NCBI GenBank assembly: GCA_963751345.1
Contig: CAVVUS010000011.1
Location: 455,981 to 519,980, forward strand
Direction of reading: 5' to 3'
DNA from: an uncultured Chloroflexia bacterium
GTDB lineage: Bacteria > Chloroflexota > Anaerolineae > B4-G1 > SLSP01
DNA: 64,000 nucleotides
Shown: in pieces, positions 42,374 through 54,493 of the stretch
Layout: every line of letters begins with the position of its first letter
How positions within the stretch are numbered: the first letter of the stretch is position 1
Notes under the pieces: generated by a model
Databases searched by the model: none
Seen by the model: only the letters and a program-made list of their open reading frames with translations
What the model was told of the DNA's origin: nothing
Made by a program: the position numbers and the translations under genes

Positions 42374-43339
42374 GTGTCTGATACACTCTATGCAAGTATC
42401 GATCTGGGCGGGACGAAGGTGGCCTGCGCCTTTGGGACCGCAGAAGGTGATGTCGTCGCCGAGAGGACGGTGCCGACGGAGTCGCACGCTGGGCCGCTTG
42501 CCGTCCTCGACCGGATGGCCGGTCTCGTGAACGAGATGGCGGCTGAAGTGGGCGTATCGCCCGCCGCAGCCGGCATGGGAGTGCCCGGCCTTGCGGATGT
42601 GGCGCGAGGCATGACGCGCTTCTTGCCCAACCTGCCGACGCAGTGGCGCGACGTGTCCGTCCGCGACGTGCTGGCGCCGAAGATCGGCTGTCCTGTCTAT
42701 CTGCTCAACGACGTCCGCACCGCCACGCTCGGCGAGCTGGTCTTTGGGCACGGCAGGGACGCCTCTACGATGGCGTTCTTCGCCCTGGGCACCGGGATCG
42801 GTGGCGGCATCGTCGTCGACGGCAAGCTGCGGCTAGGGCCGTTGGGTGCCGCCGGGGAGCTGGGCCATCAGACCATCCTGCCGGACGGCCCGCTGTGCGG
42901 CTGCGGGAACCGCGGGTGCCTGGAGACGCTGGCCAGCGGCCCGGCGATCACCGCGCAGGGCGTCTGGCTGATGGCGTGCGGCCGGGCGCCGCGGCTGTAC
43001 GATCTGGTGGAGGGTGATGCGGCACGCGTGACCCCGCGCGAGATGGCGCAGGCCGTCGCCGAGGGAGATGAGGCCGTGCGCGATGCCATCCTCAGGGCTG
43101 CGGAGTTCCTGGGCATCGGCGTCGCCAACGTGATCATCGCCCTGCATCCCGACCTGGTGGTGCTCGGCGGCGGCGTGGCGCAGATGGGCGACCTGCTGTT
43201 CGATGCCGTCCGCGAGACCGTGTCGCGCCGCGTGCGCATGTTCCCCGTTGACGATATCCGCATCCTGCCCTCGCAGCTCGGCAGCCGCGCCGGGACGCTG
43301 GGCGGCATCGCCCTCGCCGCCAAGGGTGGGGTGGTGTAG
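42374..43339 (+). CDS. ROK family sugar kinase
   Basis: DLGGTK, NDV, LGTGIGGG, GELGH, CGCGNRGCLE. Confidence 0.93.
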   Translation: MSDTLYASIDLGGTKVACAFGTAEGDVVAERTVPTESHAGPLAVLDRMAGLVNEMAAEVGVSPAAAGMGVPGLADVARGMTRFLPNLPTQWRDVSVRDVLAPKIGCPVYLLNDVRTATLGELVFGHGRDASTMAFFALGTGIGGGIVVDGKLRLGPLGAAGELGHQTILPDGPLCGCGNRGCLETLASGPAITAQGVWLMACGRAPRLYDLVEGDAARVTPREMAQAVAEGDEAVRDAILRAAEFLGIGVANVIIALHPDLVVLGGGVAQMGDLLFDAVRETVSRRVRMFPVDDIRILPSQLGSRAGTLGGIALAAKGGVV

Positions 43340-43393
43340 GCACGTGAGATGGCTTCGGTCTGCCTGGCACTGTCGACGCCATCTGCGGCGCGA

Positions 43394-43458
43394 GTGCCTG
43401 GCACCTGAAACGGCGACGCCCGCGACCGCGGTGGACTTGTCTTCAAGTGCCCGGCACT
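43394..43458. repeat. Second copy of the GTGCCTGGCAC palindromic element
   Basis: Same length as and about 75% identical to 2698-2762. Confidence 0.7.
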
Positions 43459-43475
43459 GAGAGGAGGATTTATGT

Positions 43476-44980
43476 ATGAAAGCAATTCTCATCCTTTCCG
43501 ATTCCCTTAATCGTCACTTCCTGCCGCCCTACGGCAACGAGTGGGTGATCGCGCCGAACATCCAGCGATTCGCTGACATGTCGGTGGTCTTTGACAACCA
43601 CTGGATCGGCTCGGCGCCCTGCATGCCCGCGCGGCGCGACATGCTCACCGGGCGGCTCAACTTCCTGGAGCGGGGGTGGGGCGGGGTGGAGCCGTTCGAC
43701 GTGCCCTTCCCGCACCTTCTGCGCGACGAGGCGGGCATCTTCTGCCACATGGAGACCGATCACTACCACTACTTCCACGGGGGCGGAGAGAACTACCACA
43801 TGCCCTTCAACACCTACACCTTCCACCGCGGGCAGGAGGGGGACACGATGGTCTCGCGGGTGACGATGCCCGAGGAGCCCACGCACCTGGGCCAGTGGCG
43901 GGGCCAGTATGCGCTCAGCCGGACGACGTACCACGAAGCGGCCGATTACCCGACGCCGCGGACCTTCCAGGGAGCGATTGACTGGCTGGAAGCCAACGAG
44001 GGAGAGGACGACTACTTCCTCTGGGTGGAAGCCTTCGATCCCCACGAGCCCTTCGACTGCCCGGACAGCTACCTTGACCTCTACGACGACGATTGGGAAG
44101 GCCCGCTCTACAACTGGAGCGGCTATGAGAAGGTCGACGAGAAGAGTGAGGCGACGCGCCACCTCCGCAAGCAGTACGCCGCGACGCTGACGATGATGGA
44201 CGAGTGGTTCGGCAAGCTGCTCGACGAGCTGGAGCGCCAGGGCGCGCTGGACGATACGCTGATCATCCTGACGACCGACCACGGGCACATGTTGGGCGAG
44301 CGGGGCCTGACGGGCAAGAACGCCTGGCACGCCTGGAACGAGATGGCGAACATCCCGCTGATGGTGCACCTGCCGGGCGGAGCGCACGCGGGCGAGCGGC
44401 GCAGCCAGCTCACGCAGAACGTCGACATTGCGCCCACGCTCCTCGACTGGTTTGGGGTGGAGGCGGACCTGCCGCTCCACGGCGAGAGCTGGATGCCGAT
44501 GTTGACGCACGACGCTCCAGCGGAGCGTCGTGCCGTGCTCTACGGCTGGTTCGGCCAGACGGTCAACATGACTGACGGGACGTACACGTATCTACGTGCC
44601 CCCGCGACCGAGGAGAATCAGCCGCTCTACCGGCACTTCCTGACGCCGGGGTCCTTCAGCATGCGCGATGTCGCCCCGCTGTCGTTCTACGACGAGGCCG
44701 AGTTCGGCCACTTCCTGCCGTACACGCCCTATCCGGTCATCCGCGCGCGGGTGCAGCGATCCGCGGAGCCCCGACTGGGCCGACACGCGTCTCTACAACA
44801 TCGTCGACGGACTACGCCCAGACGCGGAATCTCGCGGGCACGCAGGTGGAAGCGGACTACGAGGCGCTGCTGATCGAGACACTGGAGGCGATGGACGCCC
44901 CACCGTCGCAGTATGAGCGGCTGGGGCTGAGCGCAAGTAGCAGAAGACCTTTGGGGTTTCCTCGAGAGAGCGCCTGCTAG
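43476..44980 (+). CDS. Cys-type formylglycine sulfatase (frameshifted near the 3' end; end uncertain)
   Basis: CMPAR (CxPxR), LTGR, DPHEPF, TTDHG, DIAPT. Confidence 0.9.
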
Positions 44981-45001
44981 AGAAAGAAACCCCAAAGGTC
45001 T
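44945..45001. repeat. AGACCTTTGGGGTTT palindromic element, second copy
   Basis: AGACCTTTGGGGTTT / AAACCCCAAAGGTCT. Confidence 0.75.
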
Positions 45002-45010
45002 CCAGAACAG

Positions 45011-45046
45011 CAAACGCGGCCAGGTAATCTACCTGGCCGCGTTTGC
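45011..45046. terminator. Hairpin terminator between the convergent sulfatase and tRNA
   Basis: CAAACGCGGCCAGGTA / TACCTGGCCGCGTTTG. Confidence 0.75.
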
Positions 45047-45052
45047 TTGGTG

Positions 45053-45135
45053 TGCCCGAGAGAGGACTTGAACCTCCACGTCCAAAAGGACACAGGTCCT
45101 CAACCTGCCGCGTATGCCGATTCCGCCACTCGGGC
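45053..45135 (-). tRNA. tRNA-Leu(GAG)
   Basis: GCCCGAG acceptor stem, TGGCGGAATCGGCA D-arm, GCAGG-TTGAGGA-CCTGT anticodon arm, variable arm, GGTTCAAGTCC T-arm. Confidence 0.96.
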
Positions 45136-45148
45136 TCAACCGCCCTAG

Positions 45149-45176
45149 ATTATACGGGATATCGTGGTTCTGTCAA
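45149..45176 (-). promoter_or_regulatory. Consensus sigma70 promoter of tRNA-Leu
   Basis: TTGACA-16-TATAAT on the minus strand. Confidence 0.8.
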
Positions 45177-45178
45177 CC

Positions 45179-46283
<1,105 letters not shown>

Positions 46284-46360
46284 CGTAAGCTCCTCTCTAT
46301 CTTCTGAACCTTGCGCAAGGATGGTTGCTGAACTTCAGCGGCCGTATGTAACCGAAGTGC

Positions 46361-47092
46361 CTAGGTCAATACCACCCGAATCCCCAACTCGCTCAGATCC
46401 CATAGCGGCAGATTGTCCGCCTCGCGCCCGGTGATCAGGACGTCGATCTCGCTCGCCGGGGCCACGAAGAGCGCGCCTGCGCGTCCCAGCCGCTCCGGTG
46501 AGATCAGCACGATCCGCTGCGCCCCCAGCGAGAAGAGCGCCCGCGTCATGTTGGCGGTCTCCCGGTCATCGTGGGTGACCCCACGCTCGGCGTCGAGCCC
46601 GTCCGCCTCAAGGATCACGAGGTCGGCGTGCAACCGGCGCAGCGCCTCCGGATCGCCGTAGATCCCGTAGCCGGCGCCGACCTGCCCTCCGATGACGTGC
46701 AACGTGTGCCGACGCTGCCGGGCGAGGTGCCACGCTGCGTCGAGGGCGTTCGTGATGATGGTGAGGTGGTCGTGCGCTTGGAGGAAGGGAACAATCTCGC
46801 CTGTCAATGTGCCGGGGCCCAGAAAGAGCACGCTCCCATCGGGTATGGCCCTCGCTGCGGCCTCCGCGATACGCCGGGCCAAATCGGATGCGCTCCGGCG
46901 GCTCTCCTCGCCCTCACGGATGACGGCGCCCCCGTGCACCCGCCGGATCCGGTGCTGCTCGTCCATCTCGGCGAGATCCCGCCGAATTGTGACGGGATCG
47001 ACGTCCAGTAGCTCTGCCAAGTCGGTCACCCGCACCGCGCCCTCATCGGTCAGCTTGCGCAGGATCACTTGGTGGCGTTGGTTCTTGAGCAT
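46361..47092 (-). CDS. DeoR/GlpR family transcriptional regulator
   Basis: VTIRRDL...RVHGGA HTH; ITNA. Confidence 0.92.
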   Translation of the reverse strand: MLKNQRHQVILRKLTDEGAVRVTDLAELLDVDPVTIRRDLAEMDEQHRIRRVHGGAVIREGEESRRSASDLARRIAEAAARAIPDGSVLFLGPGTLTGEIVPFLQAHDHLTIITNALDAAWHLARQRRHTLHVIGGQVGAGYGIYGDPEALRRLHADLVILEADGLDAERGVTHDDRETANMTRALFSLGAQRIVLISPERLGRAGALFVAPASEIDVLITGREADNLPLWDLSELGIRVVLT

Positions 47093-47114
47093 AGGCGTCC
47101 TATCTCACGCCTTC

Positions 47115-47143
47115 ACTATAGCACCGGCTGCACGGTGTGTCAA
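47115..47143 (-). promoter_or_regulatory. Sigma70 promoter of the DeoR gene
   Basis: TTGACA-17-TATAGT; GGGCAGAAGCG direct repeats upstream at 47151 and 47181. Confidence 0.7.
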
Positions 47144-47197
47144 CGGAAAGGGGCAGAAGCGTGCAATATCGTGCGAAGATGGGCAGAAGCGGACGGG

Positions 47198-47319
47198 TCG
47201 TCTGAATCACGGATTCCGCCGCTCGGAAGCGGGTGGATTGCACGGATTTCACGGATTACCGACTTGGCATACCCGGTCCGTGAAATCTGTGTAATCCTTC
47301 GAACCCGTGATTCAGACGA
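47198..47319. repeat. Long imperfect palindrome built from CACGGATT(T) nonamers
   Basis: 15-bp perfect terminal IR TCGTCTGAATCACGG / CCGTGATTCAGACGA. Confidence 0.8.
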
Positions 47320-47320
47320 G

Positions 47321-49556
47321 CTAATCCCCGGGCTCGCCGACGGCCTCGGGAAGCGGGGTGATGGGGAGGCCGTAGTAGCCCTCGATGATCTGGCGGAACA
47401 TCGGCGCGGCGACGCTCGAGCCCTCGCCCGCGTTCTCCAGCATCACGACCATCGCGATCTCCGGGTTGTCCGCCGGGTAGTAGCCCGCGAACCAGGAGTG
47501 GGGGAGGTCCGTCTCCTGCGCGGTCTCGGCGGTGCCGGTCTTGCCCGCCACGGGGATGCCGAGCCCGGCGAAGCGGTGGGTGGCGGTCCCGAGCTCGACG
47601 TTGGTGGTGACCCCCAGCATGGCCTGGCGGATGATCTCCAATTGCGCGGCCGATACGGGCAGGTTGCCGACGGCCTCGGGCTGGGTCACCTGCGGCGGGT
47701 ACCTGGTCGTTGCCCTCGACGTGATCCACGAGGTAGGGACGGTAGAGCGTGCCGTCGTTGGCCACCGCGGCGACCATGCGCGCGATCTGGATCGGCGTCA
47801 CGAGGAGGTAGCCCTGGCCGATGGCCAGGTTCACGGTGTCGCCGGTGGACCAATACTCGCCGTAGACGGCGCGCTTCCAGTCGGGATCGGGCATCAGGCC
47901 GGCGGCCTCAGGGAGCTCTCGCAGCCCGGTGGGCTGCCCCAGGCCGAAGCCCTTGCCGAACGTGGGCAGCGCGGTGTCGTCGATCGCGTCGAGCCGGGCG
48001 CCTGCCTCGTAGAAGACCACGTTGCAGGAGGCGGTCAGGCCGTCGGCGAGCGTGATGTCGCCGTGCCCGGTCTCCAGCCAGCACATCTTGCGGTTGGCCT
48101 CGCCCAGCCCGTCCCAATAGCCGGGGCAGAAGAAGGGCGTGTCGGCGGTCATCCCGCCGGGGCCCAGGGCCGTCGCCATCGTCACGATCTTGAAGACCGA
48201 GCCCGCGGGGTACTGGCCGAGCGTGGCCCGGTTGAGCAGCGGCTGGTTCGGATCGTTGAGGATGGCGCTGAGCGCCCAATCGTCGGAGGGGCGGACAAAT
48301 GCGTTGCTGTCGAACCCCGGCCCGCTGGCCAGCGCCCGGACGGCGCCGGTGCGCACGTCGAGTGCCACGACGGCGCCCTTGCGGCTGCCCAGCGCCTGCT
48401 CGGCGGACGCCTGGAGGTCCCGGTCGATCGTGGTGAAGATCGCGCGCCCGCGCTCCGGCATGCGCTCCGCCATGCTGCCCTGGTAGGTGCCGTCGGCGTT
48501 GACGAGGTAGAGCCGCGCGCCGTTCGTGCCCGCCAGGATCGACTGGCCCCACGCTTCCAGGCCCGAGATGCCCACGTACTCGTCGCCGCGGTATCCCTTG
48601 TCGCGATACGCCCGGTAGTCCTCCGCGGGGATCGGCGAGATCCAGCCGACGACGTCGGCGCCGACCCCGTTCAGCGGGTAGAGCCGGCCCTGCCGCTCGC
48701 GTCGCACGACGCCAGGAAGCTGGAGCGCTTCGTCATTCGCCAGGCTCTCGTCGCTGGTGATGTCGCCGATGGGAATGTACCAATCCGCGGGCTGCCCGGC
48801 GTAGCGCGCCTGGATGTCGGCGATGGTCATCCCGAGCACCTGGGAGAGTGTGGCCAACAGCGTCGTCTCGTCCGTGATCTGGTTGGGGACCACGCCGACG
48901 GTGACGATGGAGGCGGGCACGGCGAGCCCGGCGCCCTGGTCGTCGTAGATGTTGGCGCGGGGCGGGATCTGGTACTCGATCCCGAAGGTGCTCCCGTCGG
49001 CCAGGTCGGGCCAGACCGCGCCCTGGTCCCAGTCGACCCACCATTGGTCGCCGCTGCGCACCAGGTTGAGGCGGTTGTTGGCCTGGAGATCGCCGAAGAG
49101 CGCCGTGTGCCAGATCTCGCGGAAGTCGATCCACGCGACGCCGTTGTCGATATTGAGCGTCTCGGGGAGGACGGTGACGCTGACCGTGGTGGTGGTGTCG
49201 AGTGGGGCGAAGTAGCCTGCCTGGAAGGCGTCGGCCGTCATCTCGTTGCGCAGCGCCGGGGTGAGGAGGCCGTACATCTTGGTGTAGTCCTCGTCCTGCC
49301 AGGCGTTGAGGAAGCCGGTGCCGATCTGCTCGGGCGACACGACGTCGAGGGTGGGGGTGGCCAGCGGGAGCAGCGTCGATCCCTGGGTGGGGCGGAAGGC
49401 CGAGAGCGGCGTGGGCGTGGCGCCGCCGCAGCCGGCGATCAGGAACGAGATGAGGATGATGGCCACGTAGGTCACCCTAACGCAGAGGCGCAGGGGCGCG
49501 GAGATACAGAGATTCTTTGGATCAGATTGGCTACGAGCTCTATGTTCTCTTGGCAT
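47321..49556 (-). CDS. Class B penicillin-binding protein (PBP2-like lipoprotein with NTF2-like N-domain), frameshift near 47690
   Basis: Lipobox IAGC; GSVFK (SxxK), SCN (SxN), KTG. Confidence 0.92.
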
Positions 49557-49599
49557 CGCTTGACCTTGGTCTCTCTCAGCGTCTCCGCGCCTCTGCGTT
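49479..49599. repeat. Inverted nonamer element AACGCAGAGGCGC...GCGCCTCTGCGTT overlapping the PBP start
   Basis: 13-bp terminal IR with internal degenerate 9-mers. Confidence 0.75.
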
Positions 49600-49632
49600 G
49601 ATCATGCCGCTGCCGCACTTCGGGTTAGCCAT

Positions 49633-50326
49633 TTACACCTCCGTTCCCTCATCGCCCGCGCAGCCGCGATAGCCGAAGTGCTGTGCGCAGAGCGCCGGGA
49701 TGTCGACATCGAGCGTCCAGCCTGTGTCACGAAGCAGCCTGACCACGGCGCCGAGCGGGAGGCCGACCACGTTGGCGTAGCAGACCTCGAGACGCTCTAC
49801 CGGGTGAAAGCCGGGATGCTGGATGGCGTAGGCGCCGGCCTTGTCCATTGGGTCGCCGGTGGCGATGTAGGCCGCGATCTCGGCGTCGGTATAGGGCCGC
49901 ATCACCACGCTCGGTGGTGACGCGGCGCACCTCGACGGATCCTGACGGGCCGGCGAGCGCGACCGCGGTATGCACCCGGTGGCGGCGTCCGCGGAGCGCT
50001 TCGAGCATCGTCCGGGCCTCGGCGGCGTCCGCGGGCTTCCCGAGTGTCCGCCCGTCCAGGTCGACCACCGTATCGGCGGTGAGAACGCGCCCAGCGGACT
50101 GGGCGATGCGCCCAGCGGACTGAGCGATGCGCCCAGCAGACTGGGCGATGGCGGCGAGCGCTTTGTCGTGGGCGAGCCGTGCGGCCAGGTCGGCCGGGGC
50201 CTCGCCGGGCCGCGGCGTCTCGTCCACCTCGACGTCGAGGGTCGTGAAAGGGATCCCGAGCCACCGGAGCATCCGCTGTCGGCGCGGCGACCGGGAGGCC
50301 AGGATCAGTGGGTGTGGTGCCAGCAT
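49633..50326 (-). CDS. maf: Maf family nucleoside triphosphate pyrophosphatase, frameshift near 49905
   Basis: [34 protein letters not shown]. Confidence 0.92.
50087..50149 (-). repeat. In-frame 21-bp tandem repeat, three copies (IAQSAGR)
   Basis: GCGCCCAGCGGACTGGGCGAT x3 with single substitutions. Confidence 0.9.
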
Positions 50327-50403
50327 AGCCGTTAGTATACGCGAAACGCGGGCGAGAGCCATGGTGGAAGCTGATAGCCGGCAGCGGTCGGCATGCGCGG
50401 GTG

Positions 50404-50673
50404 CGAAAATGGGTTCGTTTGGAAAAGGGCGGGAGTAGGAAGTAGGGAGTAGAGGAGTAGGGAGTAGGGAGTAGGAGGAGATGGGGCGGCGAAAATGGGT
50501 TCGTTTCGTAATTGGGGGAGACGGTCGAGAAAATGGGTTCGTTTCGTAAAGCGGGAAGGTGGATGGCGACCGTCTTCTCGGCAACGCGTCTGGCGCAGGT
50601 GGGACAGTGAACCTCCAAGGCGTGCACTTGATCATTTGTTCTATTGTACGACAGGAAAGGTGAGCAATCAAGT
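50404..50673 (-). other. Promoter + LexA-like box + three AAACGAACCCATTTTC motifs (homolog of the 33.7-34.65 kb unit)
   Basis: TTGATT-17-TACAAT; GAAC-AAAT-GATC at 50630-50641; motifs at 50529-50549, 50490-50511 and 50404-50424. Confidence 0.75.
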
Positions 50674-50734
50674 ACGCAGCTCGTGGCCTCGTGCGATCAG
50701 ATTCTTGCTCCTGCCGCATAGTACCAATTTCCTA

Positions 50735-50763
50735 TTGCGCTAGCGTAAGAGATCGGATAGAAT
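50735..50763 (+). promoter_or_regulatory. Sigma70 promoter of the Flp pilin gene
   Basis: TTGCGC-17-TAGAAT. Confidence 0.6.
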
Positions 50764-50822
50764 GTAGTCAGGTTCAGGGGAAGTTTTACACTAGCTCAAT
50801 TAATCATTACGGGAGGATTGCC

Positions 50823-50978
50823 ATGTTGTATTTGCCGAGAGAAGAGGGCCAGGGCCTCGTAGAGTATGCGTTGATTCTGGTTTTGATCGCCATCATCGTG
50901 ATCATCGTCCTGGCGCTGCTGGGTGGCCGGGTCAGCGAGGTCTTCAGCACCATCGCCAGCGGATTGGGTGGAAGCTAG
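50823..50978 (+). CDS. Flp family type IVb pilin (51 aa)
   Basis: EEG|QGLVEYALILVLIAIIVI Flp motif; GGAGG RBS. Confidence 0.93.
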   Translation: MLYLPREEGQGLVEYALILVLIAIIVIIVLALLGGRVSEVFSTIASGLGGS

Positions 50979-51004
50979 CCCAACCGGTCTGTCAGGCAGT
51001 CAGT

Positions 51005-51040
51005 ACACAAGACCCCGTTCTATCTGACGGGGTCTTGTGT
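51005..51040 (+). terminator. Terminator after the pilin gene
   Basis: ACACAAGACCCCGT / ACGGGGTCTTGTGT. Confidence 0.75.
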
Positions 51041-51984
51041 GTTGGATTGGGGGAGTGTGTATTCCTGGCGGTTCACGGTTGTTGACCGATGGTATTGCCT
51101 CCGGCCTCTCATTCATACAGAGACATCAGGGAGCCGGCGGCGGGTGGCCCTACGACGCCGGGCCGTTCTGTTATGTGGAACCGACGTCACTCGCCCTATT
51201 GGCGGCTGCAACCGAGTGCATCGGCGAGAGCACTCTGCGGTCTGATTGTCGTAGGGCCCCAGAAGTGGAGAGGGGCCTGGCATGGCTCAAGAGGCAGATT
51301 GGCCCCTCGGGCGCAGTGACGCTTCCAGGAGATCCGGATCATCCTCATTGGAGTACCTCGCTAGCGCTCTTTGCCGCCTCGCGCCTGGGTGAGACGGGGG
51401 CGACGTGGCGGGAGAGTGCTCGTTTCCTTCTGAACTGGCAGAGCGTTGTCACCGAACCCGATCCCGCTATTCCGCTCAATAGCGAGCTAGAGGGCTGGCC
51501 GTGGTATCCGGATTCCTTCAGTTGGGTGATACCGACAGCCCACGCTCTTCTTGCTCTGAGGCTTACCGGTAACGGCTCGCACTCAAGGGTGTCCGAGGGC
51601 GTGGCCCTCCTCCTGGATCGTGCCTGTGTTGCAGGTGGCTGGAACTACGGGAACCGCGAGGTGCTTGGGCAGACATTGGATCCCATGGCGGAGACGACTG
51701 CGTGGGCGCTGCTTGCGCTTCAGGGCGAGCCCCCGGCACAGGATGCAACAGAGCTGGGCCTCGGCGTCCTTACGCGGGAACTCCGGACCCATGCATCCAG
51801 TCTGTCGTTGGCGATGGCACTTCTCTGCTTTCAGCTCTACGGGTATCCTATGGGTGATCTCCCGACGCACCTTCTCGAGCGTCAGATGGATGACGGCAGC
51901 TGGCAGCACCAAGTGCATGTTACGGCGTTGGCTGTGCTGTCGCTCAAGGCAGTCCTCGGAGCGGGCAATGCCTTCGCGCTCTAG
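51037..51984 (+). CDS. Prenyltransferase/squalene oxidase repeat protein (start uncertain)
   Basis: QxxxGGW repeats, GWPW...SWVIPT, GGWNYGN, QMDDGSW. Confidence 0.75.
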   Translation: MCWIGGVCIPGGSRLLTDGIASGLSFIQRHQGAGGGWPYDAGPFCYVEPTSLALLAAATECIGESTLRSDCRRAPEVERGLAWLKRQIGPSGAVTLPGDPDHPHWSTSLALFAASRLGETGATWRESARFLLNWQSVVTEPDPAIPLNSELEGWPWYPDSFSWVIPTAHALLALRLTGNGSHSRVSEGVALLLDRACVAGGWNYGNREVLGQTLDPMAETTAWALLALQGEPPAQDATELGLGVLTRELRTHASSLSLAMALLCFQLYGYPMGDLPTHLLERQMDDGSWQHQVHVTALAVLSLKAVLGAGNAFAL

Positions 51985-51994
51985 TACGGTCCCA

Positions 51995-53009
51995 ATGGAC
52001 CGTAGGCGTTTCCTGAAGCTTCTGCTCGCAGCAGTTGGGGGCATTGCTGTTGGTGGGGGATCGCTCAGGGAGTATAGGACGCTCAGACAACCTCGTGCCA
52101 ACGTCGATGGTGCTCCGTGCCTCCTCCTATGAGGACGATCTGTATGGTGCACTGCTTCGCGGTATCCGTGAGTTTCCGGAATTGCTGGACCGCTGCCGCG
52201 GTGCTAAGGTCCTGTTGAAGCCCAACCTTGTCGAGTATCACGCCGATGCTCCGATCAACACGCATTGGTCGGTCGTGGTTGCTGCAGCAGAGGTGTTTCG
52301 GACGCTGGGAGCGCGCGAGGTCGTGGTGGCTGAGGGTCCAGGGCATCAGCGAGATGTCGGCTACGTGTTGGAATACTCCGGCATGGGCCGAGCGCTCGAG
52401 AGTGCCAAGATCGCCTTCGTCGATTTGAACCTTGATGGGATTGTCCCCGTCCCATTGGTCGCCAATCACACCCAACTGGGCCGTCTCTTCCTTCCGCAGA
52501 CTCTGCTGGGCGCCGATGTGGTTGTCTCGATGCCGAAGCTGAAGACGCACAAATGGACCGGTGTCACTCTATCGATGAAGAACCTGTTTGGCGTCGTCCC
52601 CGGTGTCAAGTACGGGTGGCCAAAGAACATACTACATTGGCGTGGCATCGACCAAAGCATCTGGGATATCAACCTGGCTGTGAAACCTGCGTTTGCCATC
52701 GTTGACGGGATCGTGGGTATGGAAGGAAACGGCCCCATCAGTGGCACAGCCACAAACGCCGGTGTCCTCGTTCTTGGCAGCAATCTTACGGCTGTGGATG
52801 CCACGAGCGCGCGGTTAATGGGCGTCGTTCCAGAGCGAATCTCCCATCTCATGGGCATGGTCGAGCATGGGGGTACAGTTGCCGAGAGCAGGATAGAACA
52901 ACTGGGGGAGGCCGTGGGCGCGGCGAGCCACGATTTTGCGGTAGCTCCGCACATCGAGGGAATCAAGCAACCCCTTAGCCTGATCGAGCGCTATCTGCTG
53001 GGTCGCTGA
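51995..53009 (+). CDS. DUF362 domain protein with twin-arginine-like N-terminus (frameshift near 52105)
   Basis: MDRRRFLK leader; VLLKPNL, VAEG, PKLKTH, TLSMKN.FG, GMEGNGP, AVDA. Confidence 0.85.
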
Positions 53010-53277
53010 TTCGAGCTTCCGTCATCTGATACGTCTCTATGGGCATATACCTCGCTAGCGAGAGATATCAGGTCACAGATGAGGTCGGGAGTGTCATTGT
53101 TCCAGTGTATAATGAGGAGTGCACGCCGGCTGAAGGTGCGAAGCGCCTAGAGGTGTCTGTTTCCCACGATTTCGGAACTGTTGCGTAAGGCAAGCAGCGG
53201 GCCCTGACGAACGGTTGGGATGCCACCTACGCCTTTCCGCGGGGCCGGGTATCTCACAATTACGAAGGCATATTCTC

Positions 53278-54493
53278 TTGAACAATCGTCCCATTCTGTG
53301 GAGGCAAGTCTACCGTGTGGCGCGCTGGCCGCTGCTGATCCTCGGCTTGGTTGTGGTGCTCGCAGGTCGGATCGCGTGTGCTGACCTCGCCGAGGATTCT
53401 GGCAACTGATGATTTCGTGCAGTACTGGGCCGCCGGAAGGGTCGTCCTCCAAGGAGCGAACCCCTACGATCCAGCGGCACTCAGCCAGTGGCAGGCCGCA
53501 TCGGGTCGCACAAGCTATGAAGCGAATGCCCCCACCATCGCCTGGAACCCGCCCTGGATCCTTCCGTTTCTGATGCCACTGGGGGCGATACCCTATCCGT
53601 GGGCGCGCATCGTGTGGTTCTGCCTGAGCCTAGCGGGACTCGTCATTTCCGTGCGAGTGCTATGGCGAACGTACGGTGGCGAGCAGGATTTCGAGCCCCT
53701 GGCCTTGGCCCTCGTGTTGGCATTCCCGCCGACATTAAGCGCTCTGCGCGTCGGACAGTTAGGGCCGCTACTACTGGCCGTGCTTATGGGTTTGCTACTG
53801 GCCGGGATTCGAGGACGCTGGGCCGTGGCCGGGGCATGTGCGGCCCTGCTGACGATCAAGCCGCAGCTCTTCCATATGCTGATCGTCGCACTGATCCTGT
53901 GGGCGATCACCGAAAGGTCGCTCTCTCTCGTCATAGGCGGAGCCGTTGCACTGCTATCCGCCCTTGGTGTAGCCGCTGCTGTGGACCCGGGTGTGTTGGG
54001 GCAATACCTTACCGCGGTTACGACATATCCGCCTGACGCGTGGGCCACTCCGACGGTGGGGGGGCTGCTGCGGCTGCTCCTGGGCGTGGATCGCTTCTGG
54101 CTCCAGTTCCTGCCCTCCGTACTGGGGAATCTCTGGCTGTGTTGGTACTGGTGGCGCCGTCGTGATTCGTGGTCCTGGGTGAAGCAAGTGCCTATCCTCA
54201 CCTTAGTAGGGCTCTTGACAGCTCCCTACCTGTGGTCGTATGATCTAGTCCTGCTCGCAGTCCCACTCGTGCCGGCTCTGGCACGCCTTTTGCAAGGCAA
54301 GTCTGTGAGGAGCTTCCTGGTGTCTGGTCCCGGTCTGTCGTACATAATCCTGGTTGTGGCAATGTTTGTGCAGGGGCAGTTCGTGAGGAATGATTTCTGG
54401 TCCCTATGGTTCGTGCCTGCTTTCGTCCTCTGGTACTGGGTGGCCGAGTCTCGATCCGTGACGCCGGTTGGCCCGGCCTCGGCGGAACCATGA
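53278..54493 (+). CDS. Glycosyltransferase family 87 (DUF2029)-like membrane protein (frameshift near the 5' end)
   Basis: DFVQYWAAG, NPY, NPPW, GQ, IKPQ, WSYD. Confidence 0.8.

Noticed and set aside
45048-45135. tRNA-Leu as an integration site
   Set aside because: No integrase and no duplicated tRNA 3' end seen in the window.
53110-53270. c-di-GMP or other riboswitch upstream of GT87
   Set aside because: Could not match the conserved core by eye; needs Infernal.
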